In this document: in pieces, positions 48,288 to 61,949 of the stretch
How the letters are laid out: each line of letters begins with the position of its first letter
How positions within the stretch are numbered: position 1 is the stretch's first letter
Assembly: GCA_951406725.2 (NCBI GenBank)
Contig: OX597814.1
Coordinates: 45,942,001-46,006,000 of the forward strand
Length of the DNA: 64,000 nt
From: Octopus vulgaris
Taxonomy: Eukaryota
Direction: 5' to 3'
Made by a program: the position numbers and the translations under genes
Notes under the pieces: generated by a model
What the model was told of the DNA's origin: nothing
Databases searched by the model: none
Seen by the model: only the letters and a program-made list of their open reading frames with translations

Positions 48288-50708
48288 TACAATGATCATT
48301 CTTCCTTTTAAATTTAAATTCAGTAAATTTAACCCACAGATATGTATGTTTGCAAATTCATAAAAGGAAGGCAAGTTCGGAAAATGTGCAATCCAATGAA
48401 ATGCAACGAGGTTCCTGTTGAGTGTGGGTGTGTGCGTGTGACACACAGAGAGAAAAATGACTGATTGAAATATTCAAAATATTGAATTGCCATTTTATGT
48501 AAGAAATTATAGAACATTCTAGGTAATAAACTTGTTAGCTGAAAGATATTAGAGGAGAAAAAACCCCACGAATTCTAAGGAAAATTTAGCAAAGGGAAGT
48601 AAGAAGAATATTTTACGACGATGCTAAAAGATCAACTCCCATTAATGCTCCATCTCTACAGGCCAGAGTCATAGAAGTATCGATTAAATATACCATCATC
48701 AGAACAATTTGATGAGATACCATGTTTATTGTAGTAAATAAGCAATGTATTTCACTGAATATATCTACATCAAACTTTCAAACTGAAAGCCGATATCTTA
48801 AAGAAAGCCTTTTTGTTGTAAATCAGACGCTTTCTAAAAAGAAATTTGATGTTTACGATATACTATTTAGACAAATAAAATCCAGCTCTGTCAAAGGAAA
48901 TTCATATAAACTATCCCCAGTACAAATAAATAAAGGTGCATATATATATATATATAAACTTTTAAAGAGAAATAATGTACTGAAACAGAGATGGAGGAGA
49001 AATAATTTTCCCCTTTAGTCAGCAATGGTTTTATTTTGAATTCAAAACGTAACATTTAAAAAATAAATTAAACCTCTATTAAGTGAAAAAGAAATAGCCT
49101 ACAGATAACATTTCCTAAAAAAAGATTAGTTTACAAATGTAACTCGTAAAATATTTAAACTAAGGCATTGATTTCAAACAATATTGTTAAAAATACCAAG
49201 AATAGTTTAAAGCAATAAAACCTTAAGAAATACAATATCAAATTTTGTTACACCGAAACTATATCCATTGACTACAGGAAAAATATATATTCCAAAGAGG
49301 AAAAAAAAGTATCGTACAAGATATTAAAACAACTATGTGGTTAGCCTTGCTGGTTTTGAGAACCAGAAGGGGCAAAATCGATGATCGCAATACTAGCAAT
49401 TTCGTGTCAATATGAACACACTAGTGGACAAACGATAGTATCGATTCAAAAGTGTAGCTGACATTTTCTAGTCACATTTGTTATATCGTCATCTTTTTAA
49501 ACCATTGATTGAATTATATGTTTTATCAACGGAAACGTCAAAGTTTATTTTTAAGTGGAATAAAAGAAAAAAAAGGTGTATCAGAAATAAGCCTTTGCTG
49601 ATATATTTCAATTTAGCATTAAGAGATTTATTATTATTTTTATATATATGTGTATATATATATATGTGTGTTTTATATATATATAAAACATTCACATGTC
49701 TAGAAACTAAATTGAATATGAAGGAATAAAAAAATTTCCTCGAAACTGTATTTCTTTAACATAAAGATTAGATCACATATCCATTCACACGCGAACAATT
49801 AAAAATTGCCGTCATGTTTGTTGAACGCCACAAGAGAAGACAACGCAAGTAAAAAATGAAAATCAGGTCATTTTGAATTGATTAAGGTCATAACATAATT
49901 TAGTGATTTATATCAGCTTTCATTTATTTACATTTCAGCTCAAATAAAAATCTTTGAAAATTCATCAAGCTTCAGAATAATTATGAAATTAATGAACTAG
50001 AATCTCACATTATGTGTTTTTAATTAAACAGAAACAAAGCACAACCAACACCGAACCTTTTATTATTATTTTTTTTTGCATAATTTCTTAAAGTATAAAA
50101 CGAAACGTTCAATTAATACATTTACACGTGCAATTTAGATCATCTAAATAATATAAACAAAGCAAATACAATTTATATTTTTAAACGAAATAAACAACTG
50201 AAAGTATTCGTTTGAAAAGAAATTTTTACAGGAATATTTTCAAAGTAGCAGATTAGCAAGGGAACTAATATGGCTGTTTAGTGAGACACGTTCGACTGGC
50301 ACTATCAACACAAACAGGCTACTACTTAAAATGAAGAAATATTCGGAATTTTCTTGTATTACATAGGAAATTAACAGAGAGAAAAAATAGAATTCTATCC
50401 AAAATGTAATATCACATTTCAGCGATACGTTAAGATAAAACAAATATCTCATGGTAAACATTTTATTCAATCGGGGTGTTACAAATACACTCACGCACAC
50501 ACATAATGTATGTAAATAGAGGAAGAAATCTATATAAGCAGTATCAGAACAGAAACATATTTGTAAAAAGATTCCAAAAACTGAAAATTTCTAAATGAAT
50601 CCGAAATATGTAACTCAATATTTATTACAACAGAATAATTGATCACACCCATTCACTTTATATATAAATGATATCGATATATATATATATATATGTATAT
50701 ACACACAC

Positions 50709-50745
<37 letters not shown>

Positions 50746-51229
50746 CATATATATATATTATATAATGTATACATAGTACACATATATAGATATATTTATA
50801 TATATATATATATATACATACACACACAAACACATACGTTCGTCAATATTTACAGATGGATTGCGTAGGTACTTACTCGTTCTACTTATGGTGACGATAT
50901 TCCAGCGTTAAAAAAAAGTTTTCTTAATGAAGAAATGTATCGATACGATGTAATAAACGATAATGAAAAATCAGAGAATAACTTTCTCCAATCACAATAG
51001 TGAAAGTAACAAAAGATCCGTTCTGTATGTTTATTTACACTGTCTGCAAGTAATTTCATGCAAAAATAGTTGGTTCAAGAAATCCGTCTAAATTGGAGAA
51101 TTTTTCCTTTCTGTGTTAATAAGTAAAGTTTCCTCAAAGCAACGTTGTCCATACTACCCTTCATCCCAGCTACCCTGGAATTTCTGACGTTCTAAATGTC
51201 AATAACAACGTACAATGTTTACTACAATC

Positions 51230-51631
51230 CAAAACGGATGATTACTGAACTCAAATCGGCATAATGGCTGCCATTATAAATGTGTGTTCTACGGGGTCCT
51301 ATTATTGTGTACCAGAGGGTCCCCACAGTTTTGCATGACGTCATTAAAATAAGTTATTAAATTAACAAATGATATACAATATTTTCTAAAAATATTGTTA
51401 AAATTTTGCTTCAATAAATTAAATGGAAATATTAGTATATGAATTTAAAAATAAAAGATAAAAGGTTTTTATCATTGATGTCGTCTGCTTGAATAAAGCG
51501 CATGCGCTAAAGGTATGGCCATTGTCAGTCTGGTTTCGAACCTGATTGTCAGCCAGTTGTGAGTCAAAGACTAGTATATCAGCACCACTTTAGAGCGAGG
51601 GTATTCAGCTCGGGAAAAGTGAATACCTAAT
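51230..51631. promoter_or_regulatory. Promoter region upstream of CADPS (possibly bidirectional)
   Basis: Palindromic CRE ATGACGTCAT 51335-51344, NRF1-type palindrome AGCGCATGCGCT 51497-51508, YY1-like AATGGCTGCC near 51263; CpG visibly more frequent than in the KMT2E body. Confidence 0.6.
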
Positions 51632-52417
51632 ATGCTTGATCCATCATCCAGTGAAGAAGAATCAGAAAATGAGACTATCGAAGATGAGAATTCTGATGTT
51701 CTTAGTGTACCTAGTGCTGAACGGAGTTTGTCAGCAAGCGGGGATAACCTGAGTGTGCAGAGTAGTCGACCTAATACCAGTCAAGCAAGGCCATCTAGCC
51801 CTAGTCCATCACTAATAAGTGAAAGGGAAAAAAGTGAAGATGCTGATAAAAATGATGCAAAATCCGAAGAAGAAAGGAAAAGGCGATTGCAGCTTTATGT
51901 CTTTGTCATGCGGTGTATTGCTTACCCGTTTAATGCCAAGCAGCCGACAGATATGGCCAGGCGACAAACCAAAATCACTAAACAACAGCTGCAGACTATC
52001 AAGGATAGATTCAGCGCCTTTTTGAACGGAGAAACTAATATAGTGGCTGACGAAGCCTTCACGAATGCTGTACAAAGTTATTATGAAGTATTCGTTAAAA
52101 GTGATCGTGTGTTAGCAATGGTCAAAAGCGGAGGGTCATCTGCTAACGATTTCAGAGAGGTTTTTAAGAATAATATAGAAAAACGGGTGAGGAGTTTACC
52201 GGAGATAGATGGTCTCAGTAAAGAAACTGTTCTTAGTTCCTGGATGACCAAATATGATGCGATATTTCGAGGTGAAGAAGATCCTCGAAAACATCCCCAG
52301 AGAGGGACCACTGCTGCTTCGGAACTGATTCTTAGCAAAGAGCAACTTTATGATATGTTCCAGAATATATTAACTGTTAAGAAATACGAGCATCAAATAT
52401 TATACAATGCATGTCAG
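51632..52417 (+). CDS. CADPS: Calcium-dependent secretion activator (CAPS/UNC-31), first coding exon, 262 codons; gene continues beyond window
   Basis: [10 protein letters not shown] start; [74 protein letters not shown] are CAPS signature stretches; CAG|gtgagt donor at 52417. Confidence 0.97.
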
Positions 52418-55400
52418 GTGAGTAAATTTCTTTCTGGTATAGAAACCATAAACACTATTTTTCCATTGTTTATTTTTCTATCAAGTGATTTCTTTAGTTC
52501 ACCTGACATTTTCAGATAAAATTCTTTTTTTTTTTTCATAGCCAGATCAGGTTTTAGTTTACACGCTCTTCCTCACTCCATCGCTTTCTATCTATTCTTC
52601 TTGTACATGTTCAGTATTCTTAGGGGATCCAGTTGTTGAATAATAATGATATTCAATGAGTTGTTTCTGACTTGAATTAATATTAACTTGATTCAATAAA
52701 TATAAAGTGTCGAAAGTAAAATCTCGAAATTATTTTCCTTTTATGATAGTTCAGCTTCTATGTCATAACCTAAAAGATATTTTGCATTTATCGAATTTAT
52801 ATTAATTCAAGTGAAAAACAACTCATTTAATATCGCCAATACCTCTATTGCACAACTAGTGGATCCCCTAAAATCAATAAAGATAAACAGGAGTAATAGG
52901 TAGGAAGAGATAGAGAAAGCTTTGGATCATCGATTACTTGGCAGCAATTGCTCTCGATTTTTAAGTTTTATTAAGAAATGTAGGAAGTATTTGTATTTTT
53001 AATAGTTTCATTTATTGATGAATAAAAAAAATTGTTTAGATCAAATGTATAATCAAATTGTTTTATTAGAAAAATGAATGAGTTCCTAGTAGTCTTTGAT
53101 CGTGTTCTACTTGATGAATACACTGTAATTGCACTTGTGTTTATAGCGTAGTATTTCACACGTATTTAAGTTGATAACATTCTCGAGACGACAGAGATTC
53201 AAATCCGCATGAAAACCCATCTAATTTCGCGATGATTTACAAAGAATGAGATTTTTTTCCTCTTAAGTCCTTGGGGGTTGCAAAGATTTAGAAGTTGTGG
53301 CAGTTATTTGTTTCCGAACGATATTAGATACTCTGAATATCATTATTGACAGTTGCTTCCTTTTAGTATTTTTTTTTATTTACCTTATGATGCTGCATTT
53401 CTAGCGATGAAATAACCTGTATAGTTGAATAATATCATTTACATAACACCCTCATTCTGATATTCCTAATCATTTTTTAAAGGTCATTTTGTATTGAACA
53501 AATTGTAATACTTAGGTGTCAGTTGATTTCTTCGGTATCACATTATCGATTGACCCAATGAATTGTCATATCTGCCTATTATTAACAATACTGAGTATTA
53601 AAAAAAAAAATCTTGAAACCTCCGCATTGAAATAATAATTTCTTAATCTTCTGATTATGATGTTGGTACTCATTAGACTTTACTCTATTTAAGGGAGCTA
53701 ATCACCGATTATCTCTGTCTTTTTCCCTCTCCTTCTCCCTCTCCATACATACATACATACGTGTGTGTAAAAACGCACGCACGCAATTTATTTTTAATAC
53801 ATACACACTTGTAATAATAGGTCTTCTTGATTCGATCCCTTTTACTCTGCCTTTCCATATCTTTGTAAAATACGAATGTTCAGCGCAACATAGCAAATAT
53901 CGACCAAAATTGCGGTTAGCTGCTGCTTTTCCTTACATAAAATTTGATTTCTGTTATTGATTTAGATGCTATGAAATCACTCGTCTTGAATGTTGATAGT
54001 AGGAGCATTAACCTCGATTTTGACGAAGTGTACTTAGGATATAAGGCAGAAAAGATTTTTGTATAAAGAGCTTAAATGTGTAAACGTAATTATTTATTTA
54101 TACTAAGTAGAAGCCTAACGTACAAATTTTGACCACTATTGATGTTATCTGAAAAAATTAAATATTAAAATTAATGTATGCGAACGCCAACAACCAGTAT
54201 GATCTTTTATTAGTAAAATATTCACATAGATTATGCTTCTGGAATATATAATGAAATATTTTCAATTCATTAAATCATGTTTATCAAGATTATTCACATT
54301 GTTTTTTGTTTTTTTTTTAACATTTTGTAATTTTATGAAGGTTTCAAAACTGATATTTGTTGCATACACAAGGACTGTAAAATTTTGGCTGATTTTAATT
54401 TTTATAAATTTATATAGATAAGTAGTGATTGATAATTTGCATATATGGGCATATATGTATATGCATATTCGAGACTATATTAGTGCTAATAGACAAATAA
54501 ACCGATTCCTTGTTGCGGATATTGGTTACATAAAGATATGGTTTGTGATCTCACAAGGGATACTGAAAGTAAATGTACATTAATTCTATATGATTTTTAA
54601 AAGTAAATGTACATTTGTTTCAAAATGTATCTAAATTATTTTCAGACTAAAATATATAGAGGTCTTTGGTTAAAACTCCTTAATCTTTTTAATTCTGATC
54701 ACCAATATTTATACACCCACCCTGTACAGTTGTCATTCTACTCAAAACCATATTCAATGGGTTCAAGGATAATTAGGAAATGTGAAAATTTTCAGATTAA
54801 CTGGTTTCCTAGTCTTGATTATGAACCGGTGTCCCTGCAGAATTTGGATAACTTCCAGTCATTTCTGTGCAAAGCAAGAATTATTAAGTACATAACCATA
54901 ATTGAAATTGAATGCTACCAAACAGCCCCCCACCCAATTGTGTTTTAAAAGAATCTTATAATTAAAAATGCAATTATGATTTATATAAAGATTATTTAAC
55001 ATTGTTTAAGTTTTATAGGCATCAACTTAACTTTCTGTATGAATTTCAAATGTTTAGGCCAAGATGAGCATTTCGCAAATCAGTATGACAAGTATCATCA
55101 TGTTTGTTATGACAGAGGATCTGTTTGAGAGGATAGATTATCTGTATTTTGTGTAGATTCTTTTGAAGTAAGAAATGGAAAGTATAAACGAGATTCATGT
55201 GACTGATGTAATGTTTGAAAAATTGGTGATTATTAGGTATACAGAAAATGGAGTTTCAGAGTGATGCAGTTTTGGGAATAAAATATTTTTTTTTTAATGT
55301 TAAAAGGAAAATAGCAAAGGTGGTTCAACATAGCCTTGTGGAAGACAAGTAGCAGAACACTTAACAACCAATGCTTAATATTTGTGCATGACAGTTTAAA

Positions 55401-57450
55401 ATTTGATTACCATAGATGTGGTCATACTGAATTTAGAACTCACAGTTTTTCTTTGCTATCAAAGATATAGCTTATGTACAGAAATGTTTTGATATTTTAG
55501 CATGAAGATAAATAATTTAATGTAAAGTTTCCTAAGTGACCTGATTCTCTCATCAAGTAGCTTTTAGAGGTCATTATCTCAGTAATTCTGAAGATACAAG
55601 GTCAGAGTAATTACAGAAGAATCTGCTATAAAATATCAGTCAATAAAGGCAGTTTTTCAAAATATCACTGTCATCATCATTACAAAGAGAAAAGTTCTTT
55701 GGGCTTTAGGGGCTTCTTCTCTAACAGATTTCTTTGTTGCTGTTTCACCATGGCTAAAGAAAAATTTACTAGTAATGTCAGCAAGACTTCAAATGAATAG
55801 CCAATAAGAGTCTTGAAATTAAAAACTGTTGATGAAACAGACTTAAGTTGCTGATAAAAGTATTGTCAGCATCTTCCAATTAGTGAAGGTAGAAATTTCA
55901 AAAAGAATTAACATATATAAAGATCAATCAGGATTCACAACCAAAATATCAAATAGAAGTTGTTCAAAATAGTATTGAATGCATAAAATGGTAAGTACAT
56001 ATTGTCAGAGAATTCAAAGTTCTACCCAGGTGTGTGTGTGTGTAGATGTGGCTGTGTGATTAAGAATGTTGTGTTTAAAATATAGTTCTAGGTCCAATCC
56101 CACTTTGTGACATCTTGAAGAAGTATCCTCTACTATAGTTTCAGGGCCAACAAAGACCTTCTGAGTGGAACTGGTTTATAGAAATTGAAAGAAAACATAT
56201 CTATCGTGTGCTAGTGTGTGTGTGTGCATTTATGCATATATGTGTATGTACACACACACACAGAGTTCAAAGATCCAAAAATAGGTAGAATCAACAAAAA
56301 ACGTAGTCCATCCAGTGGGAGATAAATATCAATTTAATACACATACTGAAAGAGTTACTAATAGTTTCATGCATTTACTCGTTTCAGCCATGTGGCTGTG
56401 GTCATGCTGGAGAACCACCATTTTAGGATACTTGCCCTGTATCATCATGCAATCTTTATGTGTCAGATATATTTTAAAAACTAGGATGATGCAAAAGATG
56501 GAAAGAGAAGTGAAAGCCAAATATCAAGATACCCCTCCTCCTTGATTGCAGAAACCACAATTAATGCAGCTAGAGTAGAACAAAATAACAAGACAGCAAC
56601 TCCATTTGTAGTGTCCTTCAGTTCAACAAAAGAAACCTGTCCGTATGTTTGCACCTGCTAAAAATTTAAAATCTTGAATTAAGCAGTGTTGGAATTTTTG
56701 GGTCTAAGAAGAATATGAGGTCATTCTGCTATGCATAAATTGCAGTTCTTACGTCCATTAATTTATGGTTTGGATCTCTCCATGATTCTCCACTTAATTG
56801 TATGTGGTGTGGAGTTGGTCATCAAATTCCACACAGAGCTAGCTAACTTAGCTGCATTATTTTGTCTATGTGGTGGAAAGAAGATAGGTAGTTTGCATAA
56901 TATTTTTTGAGATTGCCTTTGCATGACCCAATGTAATTCTTTTCAATAAAGTTATCGTGAAACATTGCTGTTACTTCTGCTTTGTATACGTTAGAGTTTA
57001 TCATACACACCTAGTCAAGTGCACAAGCTTCAGAGTTTCAACAGTTACAATTGAGAGTGACCTCTTGGGGATTTTTATGAATTATAATGTTCTTTGTATT
57101 TGGGCAGAAACTGTATGAAATGTCAATTGAGCATCTGTTAAAAATCATCTAGTATTTGTGATTTATTGGGAAATGCTTATCTAACAGATACAGGAATGTT
57201 TTGTCTGTTAGAGTGAAAGGAAGAGTTAACCAAATTATTTTCCAAGATCTATTTTTAGATCTATATTTATGTTTCATATTTTTACTTGAAGGGTTCTAAT
57301 ATAGCTTATCTGTGAAGCCACTATTAGCTAGGGTATTGATATAGTAGGGGGCTGCCTTATCAAATATTTCTTTAGAGGAAGAGAGATTTCATAGCTTATT
57401 ATTTATGTTAGCTATGAGGTTTTTCAACATTCTAGTAATGTGACAAGACT

Positions 57451-57635
57451 ATGTATGTATGTATATGTATGTATATGTATGTATATGTATGTATATGTAT
57501 ATATATATGTATGTATATGTATATATATATATGTATGTATATGTATATATATATATGTATGTATATGTATATATATATATATGTATGTATATGTATATGT
57601 ATGTATATGTATGTATATGTATATGTATGTATATG

Positions 57636-57669
<34 letters not shown>

Positions 57670-57842
57670 TGTATATGTATATGTATATATATGTATGTAT
57701 ATGTATATATATATATATATGTATATGTATATATATATATGTATGTATATGTATATATATATATGTATGTATATGTATATATATATATGTATGTATATGT
57801 ATGTATATATATGTATGTATATGTATATATATGTATATGTAT
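57451..57842. repeat. Compound (TATG)n/(TA)n microsatellite
   Basis: ~390 bp composed only of T, A, G. Confidence 0.95.
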
Positions 57843-58923
57843 GGAAAACTGGGAGAATGTATATGTATGGAAAACTGGGAGAATGGCTTAATTACTTTCT
57901 GAAAGATAGAAGTCAGGTGGTAGTAGCCAATGGGGCCACTCCCATTAACAAGCAAATAGTGAGCGGTGTTCCGCAGGGCACTGTTTTGGGACCACTACTG
58001 TTCATAATAGCCCTCTCAGACATGCCCTCAGCCACGTAGAGAGCGACGATCACAAGTTATGCAGATGATACGAAAGTTTCACAGGCAATACAGAACCCTG
58101 AGGACACTAAACACCTGCAATGTGAGCTGGACAAAATATACAAGTGGGCTGAAAAGAATAGCATGCAGTTCAATGCTGAAAAGTTCCAAGCTTTATGCTA
58201 TCAGCATGCAAAACTAAATGCAATACCCAACGAATACACTGGACCCGGAGGAATTGCAATCCCAGAGGCACAATCAGTGCGTAACCTGGGTATTTACATG
58301 AGTGATGACGTGACCTTTCGGGTACATGTTGCTAAATTGGCAATGAAATGTAGACGACTGGCCGGATGGATTCTCAGAACCTTTAGAACAAGAGAACAAG
58401 AAACCATGATGGTCCTCTGGAGAACACTTGTCCTAAGCCACTTTGACTATTGCTCTCAGCTATGGTCACCATCCAGTGTCAAGTTGATCACAGAACTTGA
58501 GGCGATCCAATGTAGCTACACAAAGAATATAGCCTCTGTGCAGCATATAACCTACTGGGAAAGACTCAAGAGATTAAAACTCTATTCCTTGGAGCGTAGG
58601 CGAGAAAGATATGCCATAATATATATCTGGAAGATCCTGGAATCGAGAGTCACACAAATGCCAGAACCGGGCGCCACTGCGTAGTGCAAAGGACTCCAAA
58701 TTTGCCATCAAGATGTAGGGCAAGATACTGTGATAGCCTGGGCTTCAGAGGCCCCACAGCGCTTCAATGTCCTCCCGAAGAACCTGAGGGACCTGCATGG
58801 TGTAGATGCGGATGTCTTTAAAGTATGACTGGATCTCTTCCTGTCAGGTGTCCCGGATGAACCAACTTCACGGCAGGAGGTGCAGATGAGAGCAGCTGTA
58901 TCGAACTCTCTCATGCACCAAAT
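57841..58923 (+). mobile_element. 5'-truncated CR1-group LINE (RT C-half to end), inactivated
   Basis: [27 protein letters not shown], in-frame TAG 58037-58039, then YADDTK, MQFNAEKFQ, DYCSQLWSP, LYSLERRRERY, RAAVSNSL; frameshift near 58640. Confidence 0.92.
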
Positions 58924-59219
58924 GGCCGGTCAGCAGTGACGTCTGCTGGCTTTGGCTACTCTGCATTGAGTAACGGCAGATTTCCTGAGACATGTCTGCA
59001 GATGCCTCACCAGCAAGGGGAAGCGGCTGACCTCCCATGTTCGAAGGTTATAATGGACACACAGATTCGTGTGTCACATAGCTAGCTAGAGGCGGTGACC
59101 TTTGGAGCTAATCAACGTCAGCTTTAGGCCTCTATTTATGGACTGCCATGTTAGCTTGGCGGTAACTGCTAATATGTCCAGTACAGCTGCCGTAGTCTCC
59201 TTTAGAGAGACTTAGTAAT

Positions 59220-59575
59220 ATATTTCTTTATTGCCCACAAGGGGCTAAACATAGAGGGGGAAAACAAGGACAGACAAAGGGATTAAGTCGATTATATTGA
59301 CCCCAGTGCGAAACTGGTACTTTATTCATCGACCCCGAAAGAGTGAAAGGCAAAGTTGACTTCGGCGGAATTTGAACTCAGAACGTAACGACAGACGAAA
59401 TACCTATTTTTTTTACTACCCACGAGAGGCTAAACACAGAAAGGGCAAACAAGGACAGATAAACGGATTAAGTCGATTATATCGACCCCAGTGTGTAACT
59501 GGTACTTATTTAATCGACACCGAAAGGATGAAATGCTAAGTCGACCTCGGCAGAATTTGAACTCAGAACGTAACG
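59220..59575 (-). mobile_element. Tandem dimer of a short interspersed repeat (CORE-SINE-like); relatives at ~4760-4900, 24500-24700, 43740-43930, 63330-63720
   Basis: Two ~180-bp direct units, each with gattaagtcgattatat.gaccccagtg..actggtact..atcgac.ccgaaa..gaatttgaactcagaacgtaacg. Confidence 0.8.
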
Positions 59576-59632
59576 CTTTCACTCATTCTAGTGGGGTTTT
59601 GATTTGAAAACCCCACTAGAATGGAGAAAGCG
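59574..59632. repeat. Strong inverted repeat / hairpin
   Basis: CATTCTAGTGGGGTTTT (59584-59600) / AAAACCCCACTAGAATG (59607-59623) perfect 17 bp, 6-nt loop, extended by CGCTTTC/GAAAGCG. Confidence 0.9.
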
Positions 59633-59729
59633 CTAATGATCTAAGTGATATGATATATATGTAAAAAATGTAATATATAAATAAATATCTGTAAATATAA
59701 ACCATCCGATCTTCTGATTACCTCATTTC

Positions 59730-59792
<63 letters not shown>

Positions 59793-60549
59793 CTTGTAAA
59801 CTGTCTTCGAAATTGTTTGCATATATTAGCAATAAAGACATTCTGTTACGTCGGACATTGGTATATGTGTGTATGCGTGAGTGTGTATGTGTGTGTGTGT
59901 GCTTGCGTGTACGTTTTTTGTGAGTGTGTGTCTTTGTTTCCGTATCTTTCTTTAGTTTCGTAATCCTTTTACTTAGTCAAGGAGGGTTATCTTAGTCGTC
60001 CTATTGTCTCTTCTAAATCTCATGCTTATAATCTAACACCAGCACACTCACTCACACAAACACACGCACGCATACACATCCGCTCACACATACACACGAG
60101 CACACAGCAACTTATATACACTTTTGAACACCTATAAATATATGCAAATATACAAGAACTTATATATGCATATATAAATGTGTGTGTGTGTATGTGTCTC
60201 CATGTTCAAGTGTGTGTTTGTATACACATATTACACACAAAAATATATATATACTCACTGTATATATTTGTATCTACATATATATATATATATATTATAT
60301 ATCCGTACATACTATATATATATATAGATATATATTCATACAATCTATGCACATGTATATATATATATATGTGTATGTATGTATATACACCCATACGCAC
60401 ATACATACATACGTACATACATAACAGGGTATTTATATAATATACATAAAAGTTTTAAAAATCAATATTTCATTATATATTTCATATAAAATGTGGTGAG
60501 GCATTAAAATCGGTAGTGAAGTGTAAAGATGTTCAACATCCATTCATAC

Positions 60550-60592
60550 AATAATAATAATAATAATGATAATAATAATAATAATAATAATA

Positions 60593-60659
<67 letters not shown>

Positions 60660-60660
60660 T
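60550..60660. repeat. (AAT)n microsatellite
   Basis: Direct reading. Confidence 0.95.
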
Positions 60661-61949
60661 ACAACTTAAAGAACACACACAGTAAAAAAAACATTAATAT
60701 AGCAAGCTTTGACATCGTCAGTTATTCCGAAATACCGATTTTCCTTTCTCTTTTATTATAATAATACTCTTGTTTTCTTCTCTTACGGTTTTGGCGAATT
60801 GCTTCTTGCAAAATTGACACACTCTCTTGTACAGGATATTCTCTAAATTTTAAGATATAGCAGACTGAGTCTAAATAAAATTAATTTTACCATTTACGTG
60901 TTTTATTTTGTTTCATTTATTTTATGGTACTATATATTGTATCATATCTCATGTATTTACTACTTAAATTATTAAATGTCATGATTTCCGAAAACATTGA
61001 GGAACCTCGAACGAATCATATTGTAGAGGGTGTAGGTTCCATGGTTCCTCTGCAAACATCCGTGGTCGATTTAGTCTCTTATATACTTCTGAGGTTTATA
61101 GTATTAAATAGCAACCATACACAGCTTTCGTCGAAAATGCCTATAATGCGATAACTAGCATATTTTTTCTTAATACTTTCGGGCAGATTCGAACGCACAT
61201 ATGTTATATCCGTTACGTTACAGCAGTTCCTCTTTACGATGACTGTGTTCATAACACCCTGGTTTCATTAGTACCAGATTCCTGAAAACCCATGATTCAA
61301 CACGTTGTGTCTCAGAAACCAGAAATACTCCGGCTAATAGATCTAAGAAAAGCTGATGATCTTTCTATCGGTTGGCAGATATCAGCAAGGAGCATCGGAC
61401 AAACTATTCGCTGAAATTATTTACAAGAAAATTGGTTCTTGTCAGACTTGTTCCCCACATTATTATATGACCTTTCCACATATCTCATCTCTGTTAGTAT
61501 AAATACAACATTAATTCTGCAGTGACGTTATGAGTGTTTTTTAAAGTAGTTCATCGTGGGGCGAATAGGCGAATATCTACTGTAAAATAAAAATGTCGAC
61601 ATACTAACGACTGCAGCTATATTCTCATGAATCCAAATCTTACAAAAGGAATATTGGGGTAATGTAACCCTACCTTAGACTATGAACATTAATAAGAATG
61701 AATTTAAATACTCCATGCTTTTGCTTTTCTTGATGGTATATTGCATTCTCCCGAAATATTATAAAAGACAAGCATAACTGAGGATTACGAAAGTAAACTA
61801 ATAATTAAGGAGTCTCCCGTCGAAGACAACAAGTGTGTGTTCAGTTTTTGCCAACGACCTGCGCAAATGACTTGTTAATATTGATCAAATGTATGTGCGG
61901 TTCATTAGTTCATTCCTACTATCTAATCGACATTGCCAGAACAGGTACA

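Noticed and set aside
54831-54870. cctgcag followed by NLDN as CADPS exon 2
   Set aside because: Continues NLDNFQSF, not the conserved LDNxDEQAA; no further CADPS exon recognised in the window
58037-58039. In-frame TAG before YADD as programmed read-through
   Set aside because: Element is 5'-truncated and frameshifted downstream; ordinary decay is sufficient
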